Notes under the pieces: model-generated
What the model was told of the DNA's origin: nothing
Database searches by the model: none
The model's input: the letters and a program-made list of their open reading frames with translations, nothing else
Shown here: positions 57,036 through 64,000 of the stretch, piece by piece
Layout of the letters: every line of letters begins with the position of its first letter
Numbering within the stretch: the first letter of the stretch is position 1
Translations under genes and position numbers: made by a program
Assembly (NCBI GenBank): GCA_944384395.1
Contig: CALWTD010000012.1
Coordinates: forward strand, 57,596-121,595
Origin: an uncultured Clostridia bacterium
GTDB taxonomy: Bacteria; Bacillota; Clostridia; Christensenellales; UBA1242
Direction: 5' to 3'
DNA: 64,000 nt

Positions 57036-58020
57036 ATAATATATTTTCACTTTCTTTAATATCCAATTTTGTAATATTTTTTGACACTTCTTTAAACGTA
57101 TCTATATTTATATTAATTATTTTTTCTATATAATTTTTATAATTATCTTCAATCTTTATGCCATACTTTTTTAACTCATTTATAGCATTGTCTATGTTTA
57201 TGTTATCTATAATATTAAAAAATATATCTTTCATGGATTTATTCTTTTTAGCCAAAATAAGAATATCTTTTAAATTATCCAAATAATCAAATTTTTTAAG
57301 TGTACCAAACTTTTCTATTATTAAATATTTTCCTTCCACAGCATATTGCCTTAAAATTTCATCTTTTGTCATATTATAAGTTTTTGTATCAGGATAAAAA
57401 AATTCTCCAAAGAAAGCAAATTCATTGTCTATAAGTGGGGCAACTTTTAAATTCGCTTGTTTATCTACTATAAAGTGAATATTGTACGTATTTCTATCAG
57501 TTTGCATTGTTAAAGCATCAAATACTATCATTTTATATAAATCTAAAATAATCTGCTTTTTGTTTACATTATAGCCTGCATTTTTGTAATATTCTAGTGC
57601 TTCAGCAATATTAAAAAGGGTAGGTTCAGTATAAAATCCTTTTTTTAATACCTGTTCACAATTTATAAGTTTTTCATCTTTATTTAAAATGTTATAAGAA
57701 ATTAGTCCTTTATCATTTTTTATGTGAGCAGGTGTGTATTTCGCGCAATTTATTCCAACTTGTTTAGAAAGAACGCAACACAAAAGTTCATTTATCATCC
57801 TATATTTTTTTATATCTTCTCTATAAGTGTTGTAAGTTTTGAAAAGTGCTTTGCCTTCAGGTAATTTAAACCATACATTTCCATACTCGGAAGTTGAAAC
57901 ACCAACATTAAAACTTTTTGTTGACCTTTTAGTTGTTTTTATATTTTTTAAATCAATATCTAAAAAACAAAAATTATATATTTTCTCTTGATTTTTTAAT
58001 ATTATTTTATTGTTTTCCAT
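57034..58020 (-). CDS. HipA-like kinase-fold protein (orphan, no adjacent HipB)
   Basis: MIVFDALTMQTDRNTYNIHFIV...LKVAPLIDNEF matches the HipA_C catalytic-loop and Mg-loop pattern (F..LiGn.D.H..N.s.. / l.P.yD). Confidence 0.5.
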   Translation of the reverse strand: MENNKIILKNQEKIYNFCFLDIDLKNIKTTKRSTKSFNVGVSTSEYGNVWFKLPEGKALFKTYNTYREDIKKYRMINELLCCVLSKQVGINCAKYTPAHIKNDKGLISYNILNKDEKLINCEQVLKKGFYTEPTLFNIAEALEYYKNAGYNVNKKQIILDLYKMIVFDALTMQTDRNTYNIHFIVDKQANLKVAPLIDNEFAFFGEFFYPDTKTYNMTKDEILRQYAVEGKYLIIEKFGTLKKFDYLDNLKDILILAKKNKSMKDIFFNIIDNINIDNAINELKKYGIKIEDNYKNYIEKIININIDTFKEVSKNITKLDIKESENIL

Positions 58021-58026
58021 GTTAAA

Positions 58027-58054
58027 ATTATACCACTTTATTAAAGATAGTCAA
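58027..58054 (-). promoter_or_regulatory. Promoter of the HipA-like gene; the -10 lies 6 nt from the ATG
   Basis: On the minus strand: TTGACT (58054-58049), 16-nt spacer containing TGg, TATAAT (58032-58027), then tttaac and ATG. Confidence 0.55.
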
Positions 58055-58057
58055 TAA

Positions 58058-58090
58058 TAAAAAAATGCAAACATAAGTTTGCACTTTTTT
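58058..58090 (-). terminator. jag terminator
   Basis: TGCAAAC-ttat-GTTTGCA hairpin followed by T7 on the minus strand. Confidence 0.75.
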
Positions 58091-58097
58091 AATTTAT

Positions 58098-58859
58098 TTA
58101 ACCTTTTGGTTTTATTATTAAAAATCTATGTGGTTCTTCACCTTTTGAAAGTGTTTCTACTGTGTTGCTTTCTGCAAGGGCAGTGTGAATTATTCTTCTT
58201 TCATTTGCTGTCATTGGTTCAAGTTTTACGCTTGAATGTGTGCGTTCAACTTTTTTTGCCATTCTTTGAGCAAGAGCAATTAACGAACTTTCTCGTCTTG
58301 CTCTATAATTATCACAATCAACTCTTATCTTTTTTGCGTGTCTATTGTTTTTGCTAACAACAACACTTGTTAGATATTGAAGAGCATTTAATCCTTCTCC
58401 ACGATATCCAATAATATCACTATAACCAACAATATTTGCAAAAATTTCGTCGCCTTTTTCATTAAGTTCAACACTTCCTGTTAAACTTGTTTTATTTAAA
58501 AGACCTTGAATAAATTTTTGTGCTTTTTCTATATCTTTTTCTTGTTTATCTATTTTTTTGTTTGAAGAAATAACTTCAACTTCTTCGTCTTTATCATCTT
58601 CAACACTAATTGTTTTTTGTTCTAAATCTTGTTTTGTTGGAATAATTGATGATACTTCTTCGTTGTTTTTTAATTGTTCTCTTTTTTCATATTTTTCAAT
58701 TTCGTCAGGGGATATAGAAACTAAAACTTTTGCTTTTTTAAATAATCCACCTTCTTCAAGTATTTTTATATCAACATCTTCTCTAACTGCTTTTAATTCA
58801 AATAAAGCATTTGATATTGCTTGTTCAATATTTTTTCCTGTTGCTTCTACACTTAACAT
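58098..58859 (-). CDS. jag: RNA-binding protein Jag/KhpB (Jag_N, KH, R3H)
   Basis: R3H motif (ERRIIHTALAE), KH domain, and position after yidC. Confidence 0.9.
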   Translation of the reverse strand: MLSVEATGKNIEQAISNALFELKAVREDVDIKILEEGGLFKKAKVLVSISPDEIEKYEKREQLKNNEEVSSIIPTKQDLEQKTISVEDDKDEEVEVISSNKKIDKQEKDIEKAQKFIQGLLNKTSLTGSVELNEKGDEIFANIVGYSDIIGYRGEGLNALQYLTSVVVSKNNRHAKKIRVDCDNYRARRESSLIALAQRMAKKVERTHSSVKLEPMTANERRIIHTALAESNTVETLSKGEEPHRFLIIKPKG

Positions 58860-58872
58860 AAATTCCTCCTTG

Positions 58873-59958
58873 TTAAATTCTTTTTAATCTATCGGTAGGT
58901 ATTTTTTTGTTTTCTTTTCTTTTATCAACAACATCTCCAATCTTGTTTATTAGTGGCATCGTTACCAAACTTACAAGTTGTCCTGTTATCATGTATAGTG
59001 TGAACATTGTTGTGTACATAAATGCAAACAAAAGCATAATTAGTGGCATAACTATTAACATAACTAAACCACTTGATTGTTTTGTTCCTTCTTTTTTCAT
59101 TTTTCGCATCATAAACCATTGATTTAAAAATGATACGCCAGCACATAGTATAACCAATATAAAATAACCATTTACTCTGCCTTGTGTTGTTTTTAGTGGC
59201 TCCATAATCTGATTGTAAACATTTTTGTATTCTTCATTTTCTCTATCTTCTTGACTTAATCTTGCAACACTTGCGTATTCTTCATATGATGGTATTGAAT
59301 TTTTTAATGGACTATCTGCGAGCCATATATTATCTATCCATAAAAAACCTTGTTTTGTTTCTTTATAAACTTTTTCAACATTTTGATTTGCTATTAAAAT
59401 AACTTCATTCTTTTCGGTTTCATCTTGAATATCATTTATTTTTTCTATAATTGGAACGCATATTTCATAAACTGTTTTTCCATCTTGTGATAAAGAAATA
59501 CCATTTTGTTGCGCATACTCGGTTACATATGCAATTTGAAGTTTTTCATATTGATCTGCAATTTTATATGAAGCCATTGTGTTCATACCGTTAAATAGAG
59601 TTATGAATATTGTAAGTGTTAGTGCCATGCTAATTAACATGATTGAACATGAACCAATTGGATTTATTCTTTCTTTTTGATAAAGTTCACCAAGTTTTTG
59701 GTTTCTCATTTTTGCATCATTTGCGTATTTTTTATTTATTGCTTCCATTTGTGGTTGTATGCGTTTTTGCATGTCTGCCATTTTTTTGTTTGTTCTACGA
59801 TTAAAATAATCAATAGGCGACATTACAAGTTTTATACAAATTGTAAGTATTATAATTGAAAGAGCAAATGAACCGAAAGCGCCTTCAAATGCAATTATAA
59901 TACTTTCCCACATTCCTTTTGGAACTTGAACTAATAAATTTGATATTATATAATCCAT
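58873..59958 (-). CDS. yidC: Membrane protein insertase YidC (long form, 361 aa)
   Basis: Conserved core (KLVMSPIDYFNRRTNKKMADMQKRIQPQMEAINKKY) and C-terminal TM helices with a basic tail. Confidence 0.9.
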   Translation of the reverse strand: MDYIISNLLVQVPKGMWESIIIAFEGAFGSFALSIIILTICIKLVMSPIDYFNRRTNKKMADMQKRIQPQMEAINKKYANDAKMRNQKLGELYQKERINPIGSCSIMLISMALTLTIFITLFNGMNTMASYKIADQYEKLQIAYVTEYAQQNGISLSQDGKTVYEICVPIIEKINDIQDETEKNEVILIANQNVEKVYKETKQGFLWIDNIWLADSPLKNSIPSYEEYASVARLSQEDRENEEYKNVYNQIMEPLKTTQGRVNGYFILVILCAGVSFLNQWFMMRKMKKEGTKQSSGLVMLIVMPLIMLLFAFMYTTMFTLYMITGQLVSLVTMPLINKIGDVVDKRKENKKIPTDRLKRI

Positions 59959-60218
59959 TTACTGTCTCCCTTAATATTTTGAGGTATTGGGTCAAATCCA
60001 CCTTTTGATAAAGGTGAACATTTTATAAGTCTTTTACAAGCCAGCATTGAGCCTTTAAATACACCAAATTCTTTTAAAGCCATAATTGCATAAGTTGAAC
60101 AAGTAGGGTAAAACCTACAAGTGTGTTTTAAAAAAGGTGAAATACACCACTTATATAAATAGATACATAACACCATAATTAAATAAATAGGAAAAAAAAT
60201 TACTTTAAATATTTTCAT
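59946..60218 (-). CDS. yidD: Membrane protein insertion efficiency factor YidD
   Basis: CRFYPTCSTYA motif. The start is ATG 60218 or GTG 60230. Confidence 0.9.
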   Translation of the reverse strand: MKIFKVIFFPIYLIMVLCIYLYKWCISPFLKHTCRFYPTCSTYAIMALKEFGVFKGSMLACKRLIKCSPLSKGGFDPIPQNIKGDSKWII

Positions 60219-60552
60219 TGTAGAGTCCACATTTTTTTAAAATGTCTATCATATTTTGTTTTATTTCTAAAAAAGACATATTTTCTATGCCTTCTCTTGC
60301 AATAAATATATAGTTATATTTTTTGTTTATGTTGTTAGATAAACTTAAAAAACATTCCCTAAGACGCCTTTTAGTTTTGTTTCTAACTACACTTTTTCCT
60401 ATTTTTTTAGATACAGAAAAACCAACTTTGTAAGTTTTAAATTTTGTTTTAATGTACACTAAATTTAATTTGTTTAAAACTTTTGAATCACCATGTTTAT
60501 AAATGTATTTAAAATGCTTGTTTTTTCTAAGACGGTTTTCTTTTTTTAGCAT
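60205..60552 (-). CDS. rnpA: Ribonuclease P protein component
   Basis: MLKKENRLRKNKHFKYIY... and the RNR motif (KKIGKSVVRNKTKRRLRE). Start moved to 60552. Confidence 0.9.
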   Translation of the reverse strand: MLKKENRLRKNKHFKYIYKHGDSKVLNKLNLVYIKTKFKTYKVGFSVSKKIGKSVVRNKTKRRLRECFLSLSNNINKKYNYIFIAREGIENMSFLEIKQNMIDILKKCGLYNENI

Positions 60553-60568
60553 TTTTTCACCTTGAGTA

Positions 60569-60709
60569 TTATGCTGATAAAACTTTACGGCCTCTATTTC
60601 TACGGCGTTTAAGTACATTTCTTCCAGATTTTGTTCTCATTCTTTCTCTAAAACCATGAACTTTTTGTCTTCTTCTTTTTTTAGGTTGATAAGTTCTTTT
60701 CATAGCCAT
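60569..60709 (-). CDS. rpmH: 50S ribosomal protein L34
   Basis: The minus strand translates to [52 protein letters not shown] lies 8 nt upstream. Not in the ORF track because it is under 60 aa. Confidence 0.95.
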   Translation of the reverse strand: MAMKRTYQPKKRRRQKVHGFRERMRTKSGRNVLKRRRNRGRKVLSA

Positions 60710-60791
60710 TTTATTTTCCTCCTATTCTATTAGTAGTTTTATTGCAGACAGCACGACAAAAACAGAATAGTCTTGCAACTAAACTATGCCT

Positions 60792-60820
60792 AGTATATAA
60801 AAGTTATTTATTTTTGTCAA
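60792..60820 (-). promoter_or_regulatory. rpmH operon promoter
   Basis: On the minus strand: TTGACA (60820-60815), 17-nt spacer, TATACT (60797-60792). Confidence 0.65.
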
Positions 60821-60858
60821 GAAATCTATTTATCAATATTTATAAAAATTTATTACAA

Positions 60859-60882
60859 CAAAAAACACCGAAATATTCGATG
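60859..60882 (-). terminator. dnaN terminator
   Basis: CATCGAA-tat-TTCGGTG hairpin (one G:U pair) followed by T6 on the minus strand. Confidence 0.6.
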
Positions 60883-60909
60883 TTTTTCGACAAGTGTTAA
60901 TTTTAAATT

Positions 60910-62022
60910 TTAGTTTATCATTCTTACTGGAAGAATTAAATATAAAAACTCTTCTTTTTCGCCGTCTATTGGAGTAATTATACATGGATTTGTTGGCGAT
61001 GAAAAACTTATTTTTACAAATTCGTTATCAACTGCTCTAAATGCCTCTAAAAAGTACCTTGCATTAAATGCAATAACCAAATCTCTACCGTTTAAAACTA
61101 TATTTATTTTTTCTTTTATATTTCCAATTTCACTGTTTGAAGTAAGATATAAAGTATCTTCTTTTATATCAAATTTAACAAGGTTATTTTGACCTATTTT
61201 TGAAAGAAGTGATGCTCTTTCAAGTGCGTCTTCTAGTTGAGATTTATTGACTGTTATAACGGTTTCTTGTGATGATGATGATATTATTTGATTATAATTT
61301 AAAAAATCACCTTCAAGAAGTCTTGTTATTATCTTTGTATCTCCAAGGTCAACCATTAAAAAGTTCTTTTGAACATATATATTTATTATATCTTCACTAT
61401 CATCTATAAGTTTAGCAATTTCTCTTAAACTCTTGTCTGGAACAATGCAATTTGTTTCTAAATTTGAAAAAGACAAAACTGCTCTTGCTAAACTAAGTCT
61501 ATAGCCATCACTTGTAACTGCCTTTATTATGTCTTTTCCTATCTCTAATAAACAACCTTTAAGAATTGGTCTTGAATCATCAATTGCAACAGAAAATATT
61601 GCTCTATTTATAAGATTTTTAAAATTAACTTTTTTAATACCAAAATAATCGGTTGTGTTTAAAGTATTAAAACTTGGATATTCATCATTTGCAAAACATT
61701 GAATAAAACCTTCACTGTCTATATACTTTATATTTAAACCATTTTTGTCATTTAGTGTTAGTTCAATTTTGTCGTTTGTTAGTTTTTTAACAAATTCACT
61801 AAAAAATCTGCCAGGAACAACACATGAACCTTCTTCTTTTACTTGTGCACGAATTTTTTTCTCTATTGATAGTTCAAGGTCTGTTGCAAGAAGTGTTAGT
61901 TCGTTTTCTTCTGCTGTGAGTTTAATTCCTTCTAAAATAGGATTTGTTGTTTTTACTGCAATTGCTTTACTCACTTTAAGCACTGCATCTGATAGGTCTA
62001 AACCATCACAAATAATTTGCAT
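60910..62022 (-). CDS. dnaN: DNA polymerase III beta sliding clamp
   Basis: 370 aa with three-domain clamp colinearity, located immediately after dnaA. Confidence 0.95.
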   Translation of the reverse strand: MQIICDGLDLSDAVLKVSKAIAVKTTNPILEGIKLTAEENELTLLATDLELSIEKKIRAQVKEEGSCVVPGRFFSEFVKKLTNDKIELTLNDKNGLNIKYIDSEGFIQCFANDEYPSFNTLNTTDYFGIKKVNFKNLINRAIFSVAIDDSRPILKGCLLEIGKDIIKAVTSDGYRLSLARAVLSFSNLETNCIVPDKSLREIAKLIDDSEDIINIYVQKNFLMVDLGDTKIITRLLEGDFLNYNQIISSSSQETVITVNKSQLEDALERASLLSKIGQNNLVKFDIKEDTLYLTSNSEIGNIKEKINIVLNGRDLVIAFNARYFLEAFRAVDNEFVKISFSSPTNPCIITPIDGEKEEFLYLILPVRMIN

Positions 62023-62216
62023 TTTTTTGATTCCTTTTAATTTTATTTTTTATTTTTTAAATAGTAGTATTATTAGTAGTAGGTGTGGAAATGTTCACTA
62101 ATTTGTTGTTACACAATATATAGTTTAATTTTTAGAATTAAACAAATTTTATTGTTATATATTGTGTATTATTATTGTGGACAAGTTGTTGATAAAATAA
62201 ATTAGTTGTCAACATT
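62023..62216 (-). other. oriC core (dnaA-dnaN spacer): DnaA boxes, DnaA-trio array, AT-rich unwinding element
   Basis: Read in the dnaA-to-dnaN direction: TTGTCCACA (62185-62177), ATTTCCACA (62092-62084), a C spacer, seven trios CTA CTA CTA ATA ATA CTA CTA (62082-62062), then 39 bp of almost pure A/T (62061-62023). Confidence 0.7.
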
Positions 62217-63584
62217 TTAACATTTTTCGCCAATTTGTTTTTTTAAGTCGTTTATAATTGTTTTTGTTTTGTGGTCTCTTTTTAGTAGTTCACTAATTTT
62301 GTCGCGAGAGTGGATTATTGTTGTGTGATCTCTACCACCAAACAATCTTCCAATTGAGATTAGTGGAATATCCATCATATCGCTTATTAGGTATATTGCA
62401 ATCATTCTTGGTTCAACAATTTCTTTTGATTTTTTCTTGCCTGTTATTTCATTGTATTCAATACCATAATAATCGCATACGGTTTGAATTATTGTTTGAG
62501 GAGTTAGTTTTTCTTTTTGAACATCAAGTTGCTCTTTAAATGCTTCTCTTGCTTCTTCAATGCTTGCTGATTTTTTACCAAGAAGTGTTGCAAAGAAATA
62601 AACTTTACTTAAAAGTCCTTCCATTTCTCTTATGTTTGTGTCAACTTTTTCTGCAATAAATTCAATTACATCGTCATCTATAAAATATCTTTCAAGTTGT
62701 GCTTTTTTTCTAAGTATTGCAACTCTTGTTTCAAAATCGGGTGCTTGAATATCTTGAATAAGCCCACTAGAAAATCTTGAACGAAGTCTGTCTTCAAGCG
62801 TTTCAATTTCTTTTGGTGGTCGGTCTGATGAAATTATAATTTGTTTATTTTGTTGATATAGATCATTAAATGTATGGAAAAATTCTTCTTGTGTGCTTGT
62901 TCTCTTTGAAATAAATTGAATATCATCAACCATTAAAACATCAAGATTTCTATATTTTTCTCTAAATTCAGCAGTGCCCTTAACAGTGCCTTTTTCTTTG
63001 TTTGTGCCAAGTGATTCAATATAGTCATTTGTAAATTTTTCGCAAGTTACATATTGAATCTTAAGTTTTGGATTATTTTGTTTTAAATAGTTTCCAATTG
63101 CGTGTAGTAGGTGAGTTTTTCCAAGTCCAACACCACCATAAATAAAAAGAGGATTAAGTTTTTGACCAGGATTTTCGGCAACTGCTCTTGCAGCTGCATA
63201 ACAAAATTGATTGCTTTTTCCAACGATAAAATTATCAAATGTGTATTTACTGTTAAACATACATTTTTCTTCGGCAAAGTTATCATTAACAAGTGCTTGA
63301 TTTTCATTAGGTTTGTTTTTTTGTAAATATTCTTCTTTCTCGTTTGGGTCTAAAATTTCATACTCTGTGCCATTTCCAAACACGCTTTCTATACATTCGG
63401 TAAGTTCTTTAGAATGATTTTTTAAAAGTTGTTTTTTTGCTGTTTGAGAATTTGCAGATAAAATAAGTTTATCTCTAAAATCTAAAGGAATTAAAGGTTC
63501 TATCCAAAGTTCATACGAAACAATACTAACCATGCTTTCAATTTTAGAGAGAACTTTTTCCCACATTTGTTTTAATTCTTGCAT
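62217..63584 (-). CDS. dnaA: Chromosomal replication initiator protein DnaA
   Basis: Walker A (GGVGLGKTHL), box VII, and the C-terminal DNA-binding helix (GGRDHTTIIHSRDKI). Confidence 0.97.
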   Translation of the reverse strand: MQELKQMWEKVLSKIESMVSIVSYELWIEPLIPLDFRDKLILSANSQTAKKQLLKNHSKELTECIESVFGNGTEYEILDPNEKEEYLQKNKPNENQALVNDNFAEEKCMFNSKYTFDNFIVGKSNQFCYAAARAVAENPGQKLNPLFIYGGVGLGKTHLLHAIGNYLKQNNPKLKIQYVTCEKFTNDYIESLGTNKEKGTVKGTAEFREKYRNLDVLMVDDIQFISKRTSTQEEFFHTFNDLYQQNKQIIISSDRPPKEIETLEDRLRSRFSSGLIQDIQAPDFETRVAILRKKAQLERYFIDDDVIEFIAEKVDTNIREMEGLLSKVYFFATLLGKKSASIEEAREAFKEQLDVQKEKLTPQTIIQTVCDYYGIEYNEITGKKKSKEIVEPRMIAIYLISDMMDIPLISIGRLFGGRDHTTIIHSRDKISELLKRDHKTKTIINDLKKQIGEKC

Positions 63585-63757
63585 AAATGTTCTCCATAAT
63601 AAATTATAAGTAAACGAAACTTAAAAGTCAACCACGAAAGCAAGTTTATTTATACAAAAAAATTTTTTAAAAAAATTAAATAAATATAAGTTATATTGAC
63701 TAAACATAAATATTATGATAATCTTTTGTTAACGATTTTACAAAAGAAAGGATTTTT

Positions 63758-64000
63758 ATGGATAATAAGACTATTAAACAAATATACACAATTATTATAA
63801 TTTCGGTGATTGTTATATCATGCTGTATTGGTATGCAATTTTATGTACAAAACAATAAAGTAATAATAAATAACGGAACAAATATAGAAGATGTTGAAGA
63901 TATGTTTGAAGATGAAACAATTCCGGATAATTCTGATAATAACGGTAATTCAACAGAACCAACACCACAAATACCAATATATACAAATGGTTTTAAATGT
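63758..64000 (+). CDS. Membrane-anchored acidic protein, 5' part (continues beyond window)
   Basis: AAAGGA SD. The sequence is MDNKTIKQIYTIIIISVIVISCCIGMQFYV (TM helix) followed by an acidic Asn/Asp/Glu-rich region. The frame is open to the window end. Confidence 0.5.
   Translation, partial: MDNKTIKQIYTIIIISVIVISCCIGMQFYVQNNKVIINNGTNIEDVEDMFEDETIPDNSDNNGNSTEPTPQIPIYTNGFKC

Noticed and set aside
1415-63326. Numerous 60-190-aa ORFs in the track lie antisense to or overlap the annotated genes. Examples are 1415-1711(-), 4176-4448(+), 5376-5789(+), 10634-10975(+), 13085-13507(+), 15850-16341(-), 35483-35998(+), 42774-43208(+), 55850-56431(+), 58558-58887(+) and 61745-62101(+).
   Set aside because: They are shadow ORFs inside well-supported conserved genes. 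Their translations are low-complexity (Phe/Leu/Ser/Ile-rich), they have no SD, and they show no recognisable motifs.
63585-63757. DnaA boxes upstream of dnaA (autoregulation, or the left half of a bipartite oriC).
   Set aside because: I scanned both strands. The best matches (TTCTCCATA and TCAACCACG) have two or more mismatches, so no call is made.

Overview
Very AT-rich, gene-dense chromosomal segment from an endospore-forming Firmicute. It looks Clostridia-like: spoIIE, sigH and a SCIFF peptide with its maturase are present. The window covers the replication-origin neighbourhood. Recognisable genes are dnaA-dnaN, rpmH-rnpA-yidD-yidC-jag, mnmE-mnmG-rsmG, parA-parB, dnaX-ybaB-recR, prfB, tsaD, tmk, uvrC, glmS, hup, nrdG and one tRNA-Ala. 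There are about 60 CDS, mostly on the minus strand. I saw no rRNA, CRISPR array, transposase or integrase. prfB keeps the classical CTT-TGA-C +1 frameshift and several genes end in TGA, so UGA is a true stop here. All calls come from reading the sequence and ORF translations by eye, with no searches or folding programs, so family assignments rest on remembered motifs. Main observations: (1) a textbook SCIFF RiPP precursor next to its radical-SAM/SPASM maturase carries an in-frame TGA exactly where the first invariant Cys should be, making it a candidate selenocysteine peptide, or else a fresh nonsense mutation or base-call error; (2) dnaX is split at an A10 run, with the tau-like C-terminal domain in the -1 frame; (3) an oriC unwinding module (DnaA boxes, seven DnaA-trios, AT-rich DUE) lies in the dnaA-dnaN spacer, but dnaA-dnaN is co-directional with rpmH and there are no DnaA boxes upstream of dnaA; (4) six parS palindromes are packed into about 575 bp just downstream of parB, next to perfect DnaA boxes; (5) a second DnaA-box cluster lies upstream of the mrnC-rlmB-sigH operon; (6) an uncharacterised operon encodes a metallophosphoesterase, a degenerate paralogue and a Zn-ribbon protein; (7) reiterated 120-bp units and a structured insert lie downstream of tRNA-Ala; (8) several genes have TATAAT-N6/7-ATG architecture, suggesting leaderless mRNAs; (9) an orphan HipA-like kinase and an HExxH protein are inserted into the conserved origin operons; (10) an ArsR-family regulator is divergent from an untracked 59-aa Cys-rich peptide.
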